Source: Balanoglossus misakiensis (Eukaryota; Animalia; Hemichordata). Taken from it: a stretch of DNA of 64,000 nt. Position 1 is the first letter of the stretch. Each line of letters begins with the position of its first letter. The translations under genes and the position numbers were made by a program. The stretch is taken from contig CM082593.2 in the NCBI GenBank assembly GCA_040954595.2, positions 6,727,579 to 6,791,578 on the forward strand, given 5' to 3'. The notes under the pieces were generated by a model. That model saw nothing but the letters and a program-made list of their open reading frames with translations, made no database searches and was not told the DNA's origin. This document shows positions 11,879 to 24,943 of the stretch, piece after piece.

Positions 11879-13495
11879 GAAAAGTAGTGTAGGTACTGAG
11901 GTAAATGTGTGCTTAATCCAAGTTGCCAATTTAACAAACATAGATGGGGTTTGTTAGTTTAGCCTTAACTAATGTAATCTTCAGATCAAAGAGCCATTTT
12001 CCAGTTGTCATTAAACTGAAAATATGTGTGATTTGGTCTGGGGAAGTTGAACCTAACAGTTTCATTCCTAGCACTGTTGATATGTGTTTGTGAAACTCTG
12101 TCCAGGAAATCTGTATCCGTATGTTGTGAAAAATATTTAATTGAGATCCGTGCGTGTCCTAGGAAAACTGACCTGATTGGCCCATAAGAATAGCAAGCCT
12201 GTTCTGATTGGACAGTGGCCAGGTGTAGAAATTAATTTATTCATTTTCAATTGTTTTAGCCTGTAGTACTCCAGGGTTTGCTACTGTAACAAGATAATTC
12301 CAGTGTGTTGATTGTCTATAGGTAAACAGGAAAAAAACAAAATAATTTTAGTAATATTTTTGAAGTTCTTATCCTGGTCAGTCAGTATTCATAAAAACCA
12401 CATTCCACTTATCTGTACATACATTATACCAGCATTATATTTATTGTAGGTTTCCATGCGTGTTCTAAAAATATTGTTACTTCCAATTTCACGACTCTAT
12501 CACCCAAATTGATGGTCCATTTCCAAAATATGTGATGTTCCTCATTTGATGATGCAGAGTTCTAATTCAGACATTTTCTGTCATCATTCTCTTGGTTCAA
12601 AAGGAAATTGCTGAGTACTAAACATTGTTTCATTTCAAAGAAAAAAAGCCTAACATTGATATACCTGTATGATCGTATGTTTGTGTAATTTCAACAAATG
12701 TAGCATTTTTGATTCACATAAAATAGACTTAGGAAATGAACTTGTGTGAAACAGAATTGTAATACTCTTTTCAGAGTGTGTAAAAATGCAATGAGTGTGA
12801 TTTGAAACTTTAATTCCCATATTCATGAATTTTGGTACAGTCCTACGGTGTTATGTATTCATGGGGCAGTCCATTTTTGGAGGCCATAGGGGGTTTATGT
12901 CATTCATACAAGGAGACTCATTATCACTGTCTCTATGCAAGTGTATTCTCTAGCATTGGTGTAGAAATCCAATATTTACTGTTTGTTTTTTTGGTGCTTT
13001 GTATATAACGTTGATCGCTGCCGTTACTGCAGATATTTGTATATTTCATGATGTTATTGACCAGCCGAACATTTTTTGCTCAGTTTGTGGAAAGCGTTGC
13101 TAAGCTCGTATTCGTATTTTTGTTGTTGATGAATATAGAGCGCGGCATATTTTCCAGATGGCTGTTTTTATAAGTGTTGGAAATCCAGTATTACTCAACT
13201 GCATGAGTGTTTTATGTTTTATCCCGCTGGCCGTTTGCTAAAACTTGGTGTTATTTTGCCTTAAGGGAACATGAAAAAATTACATTTACCGAGATTTTTT
13301 TAGCAGGTTTTAGTCTTAAATGTTGACTTGGTTCAACTTGGTGCCTGTTTTTTCTAGATTGTTGATACCTCTTTTGTGTTCTGTTCACAATGAAAAAATG
13401 AATTTCTATGCTACAAAGACTGCTTGTGTTGAGAAACGAAATTGTATTCTAGTTCTTTTTACTCACATGGGCTATGTATATTTGAAGGAAAAAAG

Positions 13496-13501
13496 AATAA
13501 A
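13496..13501 (+). terminator. Candidate distal poly(A) signal of CDKL (proximal alternative at 10921-10926)
   Basis: AATAAA at the end of a T-rich + strand tract, followed by GT/T-rich sequence. Confidence 0.5.
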
Positions 13502-14491
13502 TGTATAACATTACAGTTGATGGCTGTCTCTTTCTCAATTACTTTTCTGGTCATTGAAAGTTAGTGATGATTTTATCATCGAAAGTGTGTCTACTTGTAA
13601 TCAGAATTTTGGATAAAAGCAGCTTCAGATACAAATCTTTATTAATTTTGCATTGTATACAATTTATTCGATAAAGTTTTGAGTTGCACGAATGCCTAAC
13701 GCCCTATGAAAACGAAATTTGGTAAAACTTAGCTGTATGAGGGCGCTGTTACATGACGAACTTTCGGCCATGGATACATATGAACGAAGGAAATCGCGCA
13801 CGAAACGGATACTTACCTTCACGACGTTGTGGATAATTGCCAAAAGGAATAACTTTGACAAGACCTGACCAATTCTAGTCCTTATGGAACTGTCACGCAT
13901 CCTGGTAGGTTATAGTATTATATTTAATTGGTTTTCCCAATTTTAAATGCATTTAACTATGCAGACTACAACGTGTACTACAAATATGTGTTGCACTTGC
14001 AGACGACATGTCCGCCAAATCCGGACACTTTCGCCTTGCAAGTTGCTGGTACATGTACTTTGTAGTAGGGGCTAACTTTAATGGTAGAGTTATACTTGTA
14101 ATCTTCTAATAATTGCCTTTCATACATACATGCGTTTGATATAGACATTGAATCAAAAAGTTTTGTTTACTCGTCAAGAAATAGGTTCATTGTGTTTGTG
14201 TCATGTGTGTGTAATGTACATGCGCGTACACAAGTGACACTTGTGAAGTAGGTACTGGAGAAACATGTGTATGTACAGTTATTATACATACAACTGTTTA
14301 TCAGTTTGGGCAACAAACTTTTATAATGAACATCGGTGGTTGAAGTTTTGAAAACAATTACTTGCATCCAGCGAGACTGGGCCAGTGGGGGTGAATCGAT
14401 TTCACAGGATAGGTTTGATGATAGTGAGCCCCATAAAATGCCAATGTGATAAATAACCACACTTGAAGACCAGAAACCATTGTGGAAAGAA

Positions 14492-14497
14492 TTTATT
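14492..14497 (-). terminator. Candidate poly(A) signal of the SH2D4-like gene
   Basis: Minus-strand AATAAA where the visibly A-rich + strand tract begins, with GT-rich sequence downstream on the minus strand. Alternatives at 13638-13643 and 13663-13668. Confidence 0.45.
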
Positions 14498-17400
14498 CCC
14501 ACGATATCTCTTGGCAGCTGAAAGCAAAATTAAAAATAACTTTCAACTCAATGTAACAAAAATTGCATATCCTTAGAGTATAAACTTATAAACTTTAACA
14601 ACAGACTGTATTTTAAACTCTTTGCATAATCTTTATCTTGAATAGTGTTCCTTTATCTCAAAACTCAACATAATACACCAATCATAGCATAAACTGGATT
14701 TCTATTGGTCAAGGCTACTCCAATTGAAATCATTCATTTCAAAATGATTATAATTAGCTCCATAAAAACATGGGACCAACTGAGTTAAACACATAATATC
14801 AGCAACAACAACACATACTATAGCATAACAATATCATGTAACATTCTTTTTGGCAAAATACATGGAAATTGTTTTAGTCCTCTTAGCTCCATAACTGCCA
14901 AATGCATAATAATACAGAATGTTAGATGTCAAAATGGTGCAATTTACATGTTAATAAATTGTATGCTAATTATATGCTAATCGTGCATAACAGTATCAAT
15001 ACTGTTCTTAATCTACACTCTGAAGAACACCAACAAAAATGTCAACAAAAAGCAATTGGTAATCTTTTTTGAAACATCCATTACTAACGAAATCTACATT
15101 ACATTTCTAGAAAATTTATACTCTTGACATATTTTGGCAACCTTATATACATGCCTGTAGCACCATTTCAACATTTCTCAGGCACACAATATGGAACATG
15201 AAAGTTGGACATTTCCGTTTCTCCGGGTTTGTTTTTGAAATGTCATGAAAAGTATGGACATCATGTACCGTCAACAACATTCTGTACAAATCTGCATGAT
15301 CAACTGAGAGTTATATCTCAGTGACCAAAAACTAAACTCATGGAGTGTTGAGTTGATACATTTCATCAGTAGTGCAATGCTTGACTGATTGGATGAAATA
15401 GTTATCTTCAAATGTTAATCACTTTCTCGACTGTAGGCAATAGAACCATGGCAAGACTGTTATTAATTCAACATTTCACTGGTTTTAAATGATTGAGCTG
15501 ATTATAATTGGATTCTTGTTAGGCAGTGAATCTTTACAATATTAAGAATTTAGGTGTTATAATAAACCAATTTTTTATTACCCTGGATGGTGCCTTCATC
15601 CAAGTCTTGAAATATTTACAGACAAATTCTCTTGCTACATTATCTGGTATGGATTGCCCAGGCTAAAAATGGCTGCCACATTCAATTTCACACTGCAATT
15701 TGCAATGATTTGCATGAAGCTTAATAGACAGACAAATGTCCAGTACTGGGAAATTTCTAAGAATAAATACGCTTCTTATTTTATTGTATTAAACACTATT
15801 TTGATCTCTGGCCACATGTATGTTATTGATTTGGTCAATATATACCACCTCATGAAAAAATTTCATTACCAGGTATAAAACTGATAATACTTGAACTCCA
15901 TTTTGATATTTTTCTGTTTGCGTATAAATAAGGTCTCAAAAAAGGATAGATAAAAATGTTTTTGAGTATGGGATGTCGGCTCATCTCCAGTAACACATCT
16001 CAAAACAAAAATGTAGGATTTGGACTATAAGCTGCCAAGCGGCCATTTTTGCATAATCAAATTTTGAATAGTCTGCTGCAGGGGTTATTTCAGAAAAGAT
16101 CAACTTAGCTACCGACTTAAATAAACATTTGATTAATTGGATGAAGCTTGCCAAAGGTGATTTGATTTTTTTTTCTCCAAATGATTAGCGATAAAACAAT
16201 TTATTTCCAGGCTTGGAGATAAATATGAAAACTTGACTGAAACACTGGGCTGCTGCTTTTTAAATAACTGCTATATTAGTAAAGAGTAAATGCAAAGCTG
16301 AGATCTGTGGGAATAAAAAAACAGAACTAAAGCAAAATTTTAAATCACAAATTGAGTTGCCACTTGAAAGATTTTGCAGAACAAAGTCTGGTGTGTATCA
16401 AAAAGTTACGGAATGTTTGAACAAATATAAATCAGTATAAAGAAGAATTCTTGCATAGAGTAATATAAAAGTAATGTTTGCATATAATGCAATATGAGTT
16501 GCTTTAACAAGTATAATATTACAAAAAAATCCTTTGCTTGGTAATAACCAACACATGTATAATCAAATCAAATTATTCTGCTCACAGATTTATGCCCTGC
16601 CACCCCTTGAGAATCTCACATAATGGTCTATCCTGATATCTACAACGAAATGGACCGTATCAATCAGAGTATAGGTAATGCAGGCCAATCAAAATGCCTG
16701 GTCTGATGCAAAACAGCATTACCCTATACCCTACCACCCCTTGAATCTCACAGTAGTGGTATATATTCTGAGGTCACATGTATACACATATTTAGTTCCT
16801 TCTTAGTTCTTGTCACAAATTACATTTCTGATATACAAATTTGCTGGTTTAGAATAGAATAGAAACCAAATTTCCTTTCTAAAATGAGACTTTCGTGTAA
16901 AGCAACAGTATGACTTTATTAGATTCATTCACCAAATTAAACTCTCAGTTCCTTTCAGATTTGCATAGAAAATTGTATTCAGAATGGATTGATTGATTGA
17001 TTAAAGTGACTAAATTTGTTTCTATCAATGACTTTCCTATAATTGAATTATTGATTCAATGCATTCATTAATTGGCAAACCCACACTGTGTTCTTGTGGA
17101 CCATAGTTTGACTACAAACTGAGAAAAGGTATGACACTTTTCCAGAAAAGTAATAAATTATGTCACAATTGACAGTGATATAATTGGGATACCTAACTTT
17201 TTGGATGTACTGTTTAACAGTAGATTTGGGTTCGATCACACTTCCCTTGCCTGTAGACCTGCACTGACCACTGGAACAATACGGTGGAACCAATTCAAAC
17301 AGGGGTGGACAGGGCAAAAAATTAGCAACATCAAAATAACTGATGGGGTAAGAAATCTCAAACTTGAAATATTTCCTCTGTAATGACAGCCTTTGAATGA

Positions 17401-18175
17401 TGACAGAAATGTAATATATTGGATGAATATATTTCAACGTTTCAAATGTGCGCTGATATAATTTGTAATTATACTGATATGATTTCAAATGCTTTTAGAG
17501 GTTTGATAATCTCAACCACAAATCAAGCAATATGACGTAAATATGTTTTGATGTACCGTACAAGTGGTTTAAATTGTAAGGATATTTGTGAAGATATTGG
17601 CCAATCAGCCTGCACTTTAGCAGATCATAACCAATCAGATATGTCTCATTGCAATGAGACATCTGGGATTTGTTCATACTCGCAATAAATGATAAGATTC
17701 ACTTAGACACTCTCTCATTAGAGCAGTTTCTTCAGAAAGTTGTTTTCACACTTTTTACAGAAATAGTATTTGTTGTTCTTGTTTGAGTAAAATGTTCTCC
17801 ATGCATGATTGAATCACAAAACTGATTACAATGTATGACAGTATCTGTACGTATGTGGTGATCGAACACTTTTCTCTTCTGACCTTTATGCAAATTAACC
17901 CTTTGCACTCTGACCCCCAGTGACCTTAAAGTCAGTCTTCAGTTTTCGAGGGTTGAAAAGGTTAAGCAACATGCTGCTCCCGGAAATGTCGAGGTGACTT
18001 CATCACGCATCAATTACAGGCGTCTTGAAACCCCAATCAAATAATCCTTCAGTGTTACTAGACAATGAGTCATACTCAAGAATATTTAAACTTATTCATT
18101 TCCTATCCGATGAGAAGTTCTGGAAGAACTGCATTAATTACGTCCCATCAAATTCCAATCCAGTCAACCTTGTCA

Positions 18176-18295
18176 CTAAAGCTTAGTACTGTGAGTTGCA
18201 TTGGGATCCAGGAAATCGGCATAATCTGGTGGGTTTGATTTTTGTCCGCATGGTATACGAAGGTGTTCCTGGCCCACTTCCGAGATGGGTTTGTC
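18176..18295 (-). CDS. SH2D4A: SH2D4-like, last coding exon (DKPISEVGQEHLRIPCGQ...PDYADFLDPNATHSTKL*)
   Basis: ttacag|GAC acceptor, TAG stop; the PI..GQE.L..PCGQ....PDY pattern matches the SH2D4 C-terminus. Confidence 0.92.
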   Translation of the reverse strand, partial: DKPISEVGQEHLRIPCGQKSNPPDYADFLDPNATHSTKL

Positions 18296-18479
18296 CTGTA
18301 AGGAATGAAATTGTAGCAAGTCAATGACAATATGTTGGGGTGAATCTATAAGATTAGAATTTCTTAAAATGAATTAACTATCATCGAGTTCATTTGTGAT
18401 CGATCATACATCAAATCAAGTATATATTTTATAAAGTGCCATTGCTGCCAAAAGGTGACAGGTCAAAAGTCAAACCTAC

Positions 18480-18700
18480 CTTATGGTACATGACCAGGTC
18501 ATACAAAGAATTATGGGATATCTGACTGGCTCCAAAGAATTGATAGGTGTCGTCCGAGGTGTCTATCAGGAAATGCTTTATCCGATCAGCATCCATGAAT
18601 GATATGGCGTAACCCCAAATGCGTTCACTGACACGAAGAAGGAATGTTCCAACATGTTTGTCGCAAAGCATTTCCTCTGCATCTTGTCTGGGAATGATAC
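18480..18700 (-). CDS. SH2D4A: SH2D4-like, SH2-domain core exon
   Basis: GIIPRQDAEEML...GTFLLRVSERIWGYAISF...KHFLID...SLYDLVMYHK with the FLVRES-like motif FLLRVSE; 221 nt, phase 1-0. Confidence 0.96.
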
Positions 18701-19112
18701 CTGCATTGGAGAAAAAAAGTTTTAAAATTGATGATTATCGACAAGGTCAAAGTTCACAAGTATAAAGTTATACTTCACAGACATCAGAGCTAAATCACAG
18801 TCCATGTGAGATTGGCCAAATGATGAAATTATTTTTAATGATTTATACTCAATATAAAAGTCTGCATATGAAATTAACTTTTCTATGCCAACTGTGCATT
18901 ACTGTTTTGTTGTTCACAAAATTCTGTCACATGAAAACATACAGCTGCATATCCTGTCATACACTTTGTACGTACCTATGATAAATAATATGTATGTCAC
19001 ACCTGCCTATTCTAAAACCAACCATTACATTTAGCCGTTTGATATTAATTTGTTGATTCATCATTGTATAAATAACATTCCAGTAGATCCTATGCAACAT
19101 ATTAACACTCAC

Positions 19113-19252
19113 CATGAAACCAGGGTGCCACTTTATTCGTGGTCGGATCGACGCCCACTCCTTTGGGAATTTCCACATCCCTCATCCACTGAACGACATC
19201 GTATCTGCACTTTGGCCTTACTTCGTATTTGTATCGAGGGCCGTGCTTGGGT
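19113..19252 (-). CDS. SH2D4A: SH2D4-like exon (PKHGPRY...VVQWMRDVEIPKG...VAPWFHG)
   Basis: Ends in APWFHG, the start of the SH2 domain; 140 nt, phase 2-1; gtgagt donor. Confidence 0.94.
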
Positions 19253-19364
19253 CTGAATGCAGAACAGAAACGAGTCAAAAATGTGCAAAAAAAAAACGCA
19301 TATGGAAATATTCAGTAATAATGGGTTATTTTAAGTAAATACAGCTACTAAGGAATCCACTTAC

Positions 19365-19569
19365 TTTGGGGGTAGGGCTGGTTTAGTACCATTTGCATTT
19401 TCAGATGACATATTCGTGCCATCGAGCTTCTGTTCAATGTTTTGTTTGTGGATCTGTTGGGCTACATCGGCAAAATTCAATCCGGTGTAGTCTCCAGACA
19501 TCCGTAAACTTGCGCGGGCTCTCTGGGCTGCTGCGCTTCTTTCCTTGTCTGCTTTCTTGGACCGACGTA
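19365..19569 (-). CDS. SH2D4A: SH2D4-like exon (LRRSKKADKERSAAAQRAR...KPALPPK)
   Basis: Resembles the SH2D4 LRKSKAAD..R..A..AR block and P.LPPK motif; AAG acceptor, gtaagt donor; 205 nt. Confidence 0.9.
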
Positions 19570-20090
19570 CTTTTTGGAGAAGGAAAAAACCCACGAATTA
19601 GTATACTGGCAGATTGTTGCAGATGGATTTTGGTGGCAACAGAACTTTGTGTTTCATAAAGGCGTGAAAGCCTGTCTGGGATTGTTACAGAACGTTTTTA
19701 CATAAAATTACTGCTTTGTGTCAGCATAATTTCAGCATTTTCAGAAGAATTAAATGATTACATAACAATACATTGAAATACTGTACATATTTCATGTCAT
19801 TGTAACATGTACATTTCATGTAAAATCTGTAGGTCAATTTCTCTGGCTTTTGGTATGACCTTTGACCTCTGCAGGCCATGTCCATTTCTGCCTTGGAAAT
19901 TGACATTTTGCAAGAAGCACATGGGCCAACATTTTGTAGCATATCTGTGCAGAAATTGTGTAAATGGAAAGTATAATCAAATTGCATTTGGAAGCTTAAA
20001 CAGTTGAATGTATCATCTATTAGTTTTGTAAATGAAACAAATCAGAAAATTCTGACACTTTCTGGGCATTTATATCAATCAAACACTTAC

Positions 20091-20232
20091 ACTGAACCTT
20101 CCACAGTTCATCTTGCTGTTTAGTCTCCTTTTCTTCAGCCTGGCTTCCCAATGCAGCTTGTCTCTTCCATTTTTGATAAAGCTCCTTAGCTCTTTCCATC
20201 TCTAGTTTCCTTATTTCCTGTTCATGTTTGTC
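20091..20232 (-). CDS. SH2D4A: SH2D4-like coiled-coil exon (DKHEQEIRKLEMERAKELYQKWK...LWKVQ)
   Basis: tgtag|GAC and T|gtaagt; 142 nt, phase 0-1. Confidence 0.9.
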
Positions 20233-21080
20233 CTACAATGAAAGCAAATAAAATCACAAAGTGAGTTTAAAATAAACATTCTAAAAAAATCCTTAAATGT
20301 ATAAGTACAAGTATTTAGAGAAAGTTCATAGCAAGAAGTGACATGCACATAAACATGAATCCAACTGACATCACCAGCGTAATCTTCCATGACATTTTCC
20401 TGCCAAAAGTTATCAGTTTCAGAATCAATTTTTCAATCTTTCCAATTAGCTTGTGCCAGACCAAACAATTAAGGCTAATACACAGTCACTTCAAATTTTA
20501 TTTAAACTGACATCTCATTCAGGCATTAGAGAGCTGTACATTTTAAAAATTGAAAATTTGCAGACAACAAACGTAAAATGAAAATGCTAGTGGGCAAATA
20601 GTGAAACTCTACTCATCATGATGAAAAATTTACATGGTGCATTTGCTGTGATAACATTCTCTTTATTGCAAAACGCAATGATTTCCTCAGAAACACAGTT
20701 CTATCATAAACGGCCCATCAACCAAAGTATATCAAAATTAAATTTAGGCTTACTCAATCGCCACGGTTCACTGTACAACTCATAACTCCCTATTATTTGC
20801 AATTTGACTGAGTCAATTTATGCCTGAGGGCCCTGGTTCAGAAACAGTTAGCGTTATTTGCAGGCAGTCTTGTGAATTTCATATTATTATATTTCAGTTT
20901 TTTTCTTCACTACTCTGCACTTAAATGGGATTTGAAATCTAGTTCTCATCCATTTGTTAAGTGAATCATTGCAATTGACAGCTGAGTCACTGCTATAGCA
21001 GACAGATTTACAATATAGACACTTTACACATGATTACTGCCAAGAAAACGTGAGCTACAGAAAGGGCCAAAATGACTTAC

Positions 21081-21318
21081 CCTCTCCTCTTTTATCTTCT
21101 TATCTCGTTCAAGAATTTCTCTCATCTGTCGTTCCTTCTCTAACTTCTCCTGTTGTATTCTCTCTGCTTCCCGTTTTCTTTCCTTCAGCGCTGCGTATAA
21201 TTCCCGTTCCCTTTCTTGCTCTTTCTTCCGTCTTTCTTCTTCCAGCCTGGATCTCTCCCTCGCCAATCTCTCTTCCTCCTTCCGTACCTTCGCCATCCTC
21301 TCTTGTTCCTCTTTAATT
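21081..21318 (-). CDS. SH2D4A: SH2D4-like E/R/K-rich helical exon
   Basis: cacag|A and AGG|gtaagt; 238 nt, phase 2-0; IKEEQERMAKVRKEEERLARE... Confidence 0.88.
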
Positions 21319-21353
21319 CTGTGGAGAAAATTTGAAAATAAATATTTCTCATA

Positions 21354-21565
21354 CAGTGTTTCATTCAGGATGGTATCAGCAGGGGGATATGTCCCCATTT
21401 GCCAGAATAATTAGGGGGGATTCCACTCTGGCAAGGGGGGCTATAATATCTTCAACATGAGAATGACTTCATTTTAAGGGGCACTGGTCCCCCTTGATAT
21501 GCTAGGGGGTGCCAATATGTCAACAGGGGGTGAATCCCCCCATCCCCCATCTAGATGAAACACTC
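21354..21565. mobile_element. Degenerate MITE-like element, 35 nt from an SH2D4 exon boundary
   Basis: CAGTGTTTCATTCAG...CTAGATGAAACACTC imperfect terminal inverted repeats, G-run-rich interior, flanks ctcata/ctcatg. Confidence 0.45.
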
Positions 21566-24500
21566 CTCATGTTTTTTCAATTTATACCTAATGATGTTTT
21601 GTCAGCTTTTTAACACAACACCTGGTCATCCACAGACACTCAGTGTACAAAATATTTCTTCCAGTCTCTAAAATCCGATATTTTGTGCACACCAGAATAC
21701 CCATTGATGACCATATTTTCTGTGATAAAACTAATGGTGTGTTTTCAGTTTTTGTTAATCACAGAAAATCTTATCGTCTTCAGGCATTTTCAGTGTACAT
21801 AACATTTACACCAAATATTATGTTTTACTTTTTAGAGTGAAATATGAAGAAATTTGTGACAAGTTCTGAAGCTGGGCAAATAGTGGAAGTTCAAAGGTGA
21901 GGCCACATGTCGCAGGAATGAAATCTCTGTACACAAAACACTTGTCCGTTATCTGTGGAATGCTGGTGTTGACAACACCACAGAGGGTCATGATTGTTGA
22001 TCATACAACCAAACTCAGATCACCTGGCGTCAACATGCTACAATAGAATGGGGTTTGCTTTTTTTTGCCAGTTTCAATTTTTATTGAAACGTGAAAATAC
22101 TATTTTGATGTGCACTGAGCACAACAGATATACGGTCCTCCGTAAAATACAAACATTTTATAGTATTAACATATACCAATTTTGCCCCTGTACAATATAT
22201 GGACTGCAGTTAAAAATCAGAGGTAACATGATTAATACAAAATAACTACAGTACAGTGCAATAGTACTGAAGTTATTTTTAATAATTCAAATTAATTCAA
22301 CCAGTAAGTTGAACTGGTATCCAAGGGGGCCTATTATGCCATTGGATGTGTATATTAATTGCTTCCAAATCCCATCTTCCACATTTTTGCAATTTTTTAA
22401 GTGCTAGGTTCATTCTTACATGTCAGACAAAAGAGTTTCTATAGTGTCAATTAAAAACAGCTCGGGAGGGGGACCCAGACAATTAAACTACAGATTTCCA
22501 TTTCTGCTGCAATTGGATTATTTACAGTAATGTATCGAGCTCAAACCACATTATTGAGTGATGGGTTCATGAGTGACTCACTGGCGATGTCAAAGGTCAC
22601 AGTGATAACCCGAGAAATGACGTCCGTGGTGATGGAATATTGTTATTTTCATCAAACTTGTGTCTATGATGACTCACCATTGTATATATAAATAGAATGA
22701 CAGAATCAATTTCGTGCTGTCAATTTGGCACTAAACAGTGCAATTGTCGTCTCAATAACAATTGATGATATCTCAATATGTCACTAAGAATGAAATAAAT
22801 AACTGTTTAAAGTTAAAATACTATAATGGAACTGTAATTCTGTACTTGGAAAAAACTTCTCCCCCCAATAAATCTGTTCCCTATGTGAATTATTGTTGGG
22901 AACCGTCAACTACAGAGAATATTCATACAAACTTGTACAAACATATTGAAGCTCAAATCTCATTGGTTCAATAAAATTCTGGCTGTTAGATTTCAGTACA
23001 AAATTTCCATTAAGATCGACCAGCAGACAGTTCCCAAATTCAACAAATTCTCTATTAAAGTGATTAAATTGACCTTTTTACTAACACGTTCTTTTGACAG
23101 ATTTAATTCAAAATCTCGCACCCGTAAACAAGAGGATCTATCGGTGTTTCACGAGTCAGTGATGAATGCGTATATCGATATGCCTGCACGCACAATTTAG
23201 CCCGAGTAATGCCATGGGATATCTTTTGTAATTATTTGCGTTCGGGGGGAAGTTTCACGGGGATCCAAGCGTAGTAGTATTTCACTCCCTTTTAGATCCC
23301 GAAACAACATCCTATGTAACGTAATGAAATAACAGTTTCATCTCTAACTCTTATAAGATCTGAAACAGCATGATTAAGTCTCGACGGCTGTGCTAATAGG
23401 GACGTGTCAAAATGTGAATTTGACGGTTAGATTAGTGACGGGACACCAACATAACAGTTTAATTCGATCCACTGAGATTATGAACCGACAACAACTATCA
23501 AGGGAACACAAGCTGTCGCAAAATATGATAAATTTACTTACATGTCTAATTCCATGGAGACAAGACAAGACGACAGCATATGGCTCAGAATAAAAATCAA
23601 GAGTGGCTTCTCAGGAGCCTAAGTTACCCCCGCATGTATTAATCATCAAAGTGAGAAATGAAATTTCTCTGTTTCCTGTTTTCATGCAGAGACTCAGAGA
23701 CGCCAAATATGGCCTCTTTACTGGTGGCATAAAATGAAACTTCATATCGTCGGATTGAATGATGAGAATGCCTTCAGTTTGTGAGGATCTCTACGAGAAG
23801 TCTGATACAGTCTTAACTGTGCGAACACATTGTAATGTTGATCATTATCGTACTAAAAATTCCACTAACATGAAACCCATCTTAAAAGGGGAAAGGTCGA
23901 TCACCATATCTTCTGATGTTATTGTGATCACGTCTTTCTTACAGAAGTTGCTCAATGTCATTCTGCTTATTGAGTCATTATGCTGCATTGTCAGTCGTCG
24001 AGATCACTAATTATCACACCACTATATAGTCATAACTGAATTGTCGAAGGCATTACACAATGACATGGTTTTGAGATATATATGTTTTTTTGCCATCCTA
24101 TTTGGCATGTAATACGCCAGAAAGCAGTGTTATGGCAGTATATACTCTGACAGCCTACATTTCAATAATTTCCAGTGATGTGGAAAACTTATCCAATGTC
24201 AATTGATCATAATTTGAATAAGTATTTTCTTTTCTAAACTATTCTTTCATGGCCACAGTTTAGGGGAATCTCCTTTACTATTATATTTAAAAACACACAA
24301 TGTGAGTCAGACCAGTTCTTTGCTGAATTTAGATTTATGATTCAGCAACAATAGGAAATGGGTACAGTTGCCTCTCCAGCGACCCAGGAATTCTTCAAGT
24401 GGTTAGCACAATGACCCGTGAAATCTAGCAATTTTGAATTACTCACTTGAAAATTCAAAAGAATGTGAATCTGAAACTGGTTTGTAACCAAGTCAGTTTG

Positions 24501-24777
24501 GTAGGACATGTCTGCGACAGAAGGAACTTATATTTAATAATCAAAAACATGTGGTACTGAATTTGGGGAATGATGAGAATTTGAATGATCACTAGAAAAT
24601 AACCTTTTGGAATTAACACAGACATTGCTACATTCCTGTATGGGTTGGGCTGACGCTCAGCTAACAGAACTGTACAAAATGACAATGACGACGGAAATTA
24701 GATTTTGTGCTAGCAAAACCAACACAGCTATTTGTATCAACATCATATATAATCAACCATTTCCATGTCTCATGAAA

Positions 24778-24943
24778 GTAATCTGTCTATAACCAAATGG
24801 GCTGAAAAAAATGTTTGATTTGCAGAGGTGTCCAGTTTATAGAAGTTCTTTTAACATGTGGTTCTATGTCAAAGGGACAGGACAATGTGTTTGGTATTGA
24901 CAGGTTTCCAGATTAGACAGGGTTCGGTTTAGACAGGTTTTAC
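24778..24943. mobile_element. Degenerate Tc1/mariner-type MITE abutting the SH2D4 exon-2 donor
   Basis: Minus strand GTAAAACCTGTCTAAACCG...GGTTATAGACAGATTAC inverted ends, with repeated CCTGTC subterminal motifs. Confidence 0.5.

Noticed and set aside
13809-13818. ATACTTACCT resembling the U1 snRNA 5' end
   Set aside because: No U1 similarity beyond 10 nt; better read as a minus-strand splice donor.
15158-15178. tagcaccattt resembling the miR-29 5' end
   Set aside because: The match stops after 11 nt and no precursor hairpin is evident.
15620-16420. Possible old DNA-transposon remnant in the SH2D4 3' UTR
   Set aside because: No termini or second copy in the window, so boundaries cannot be supported without a repeat library.
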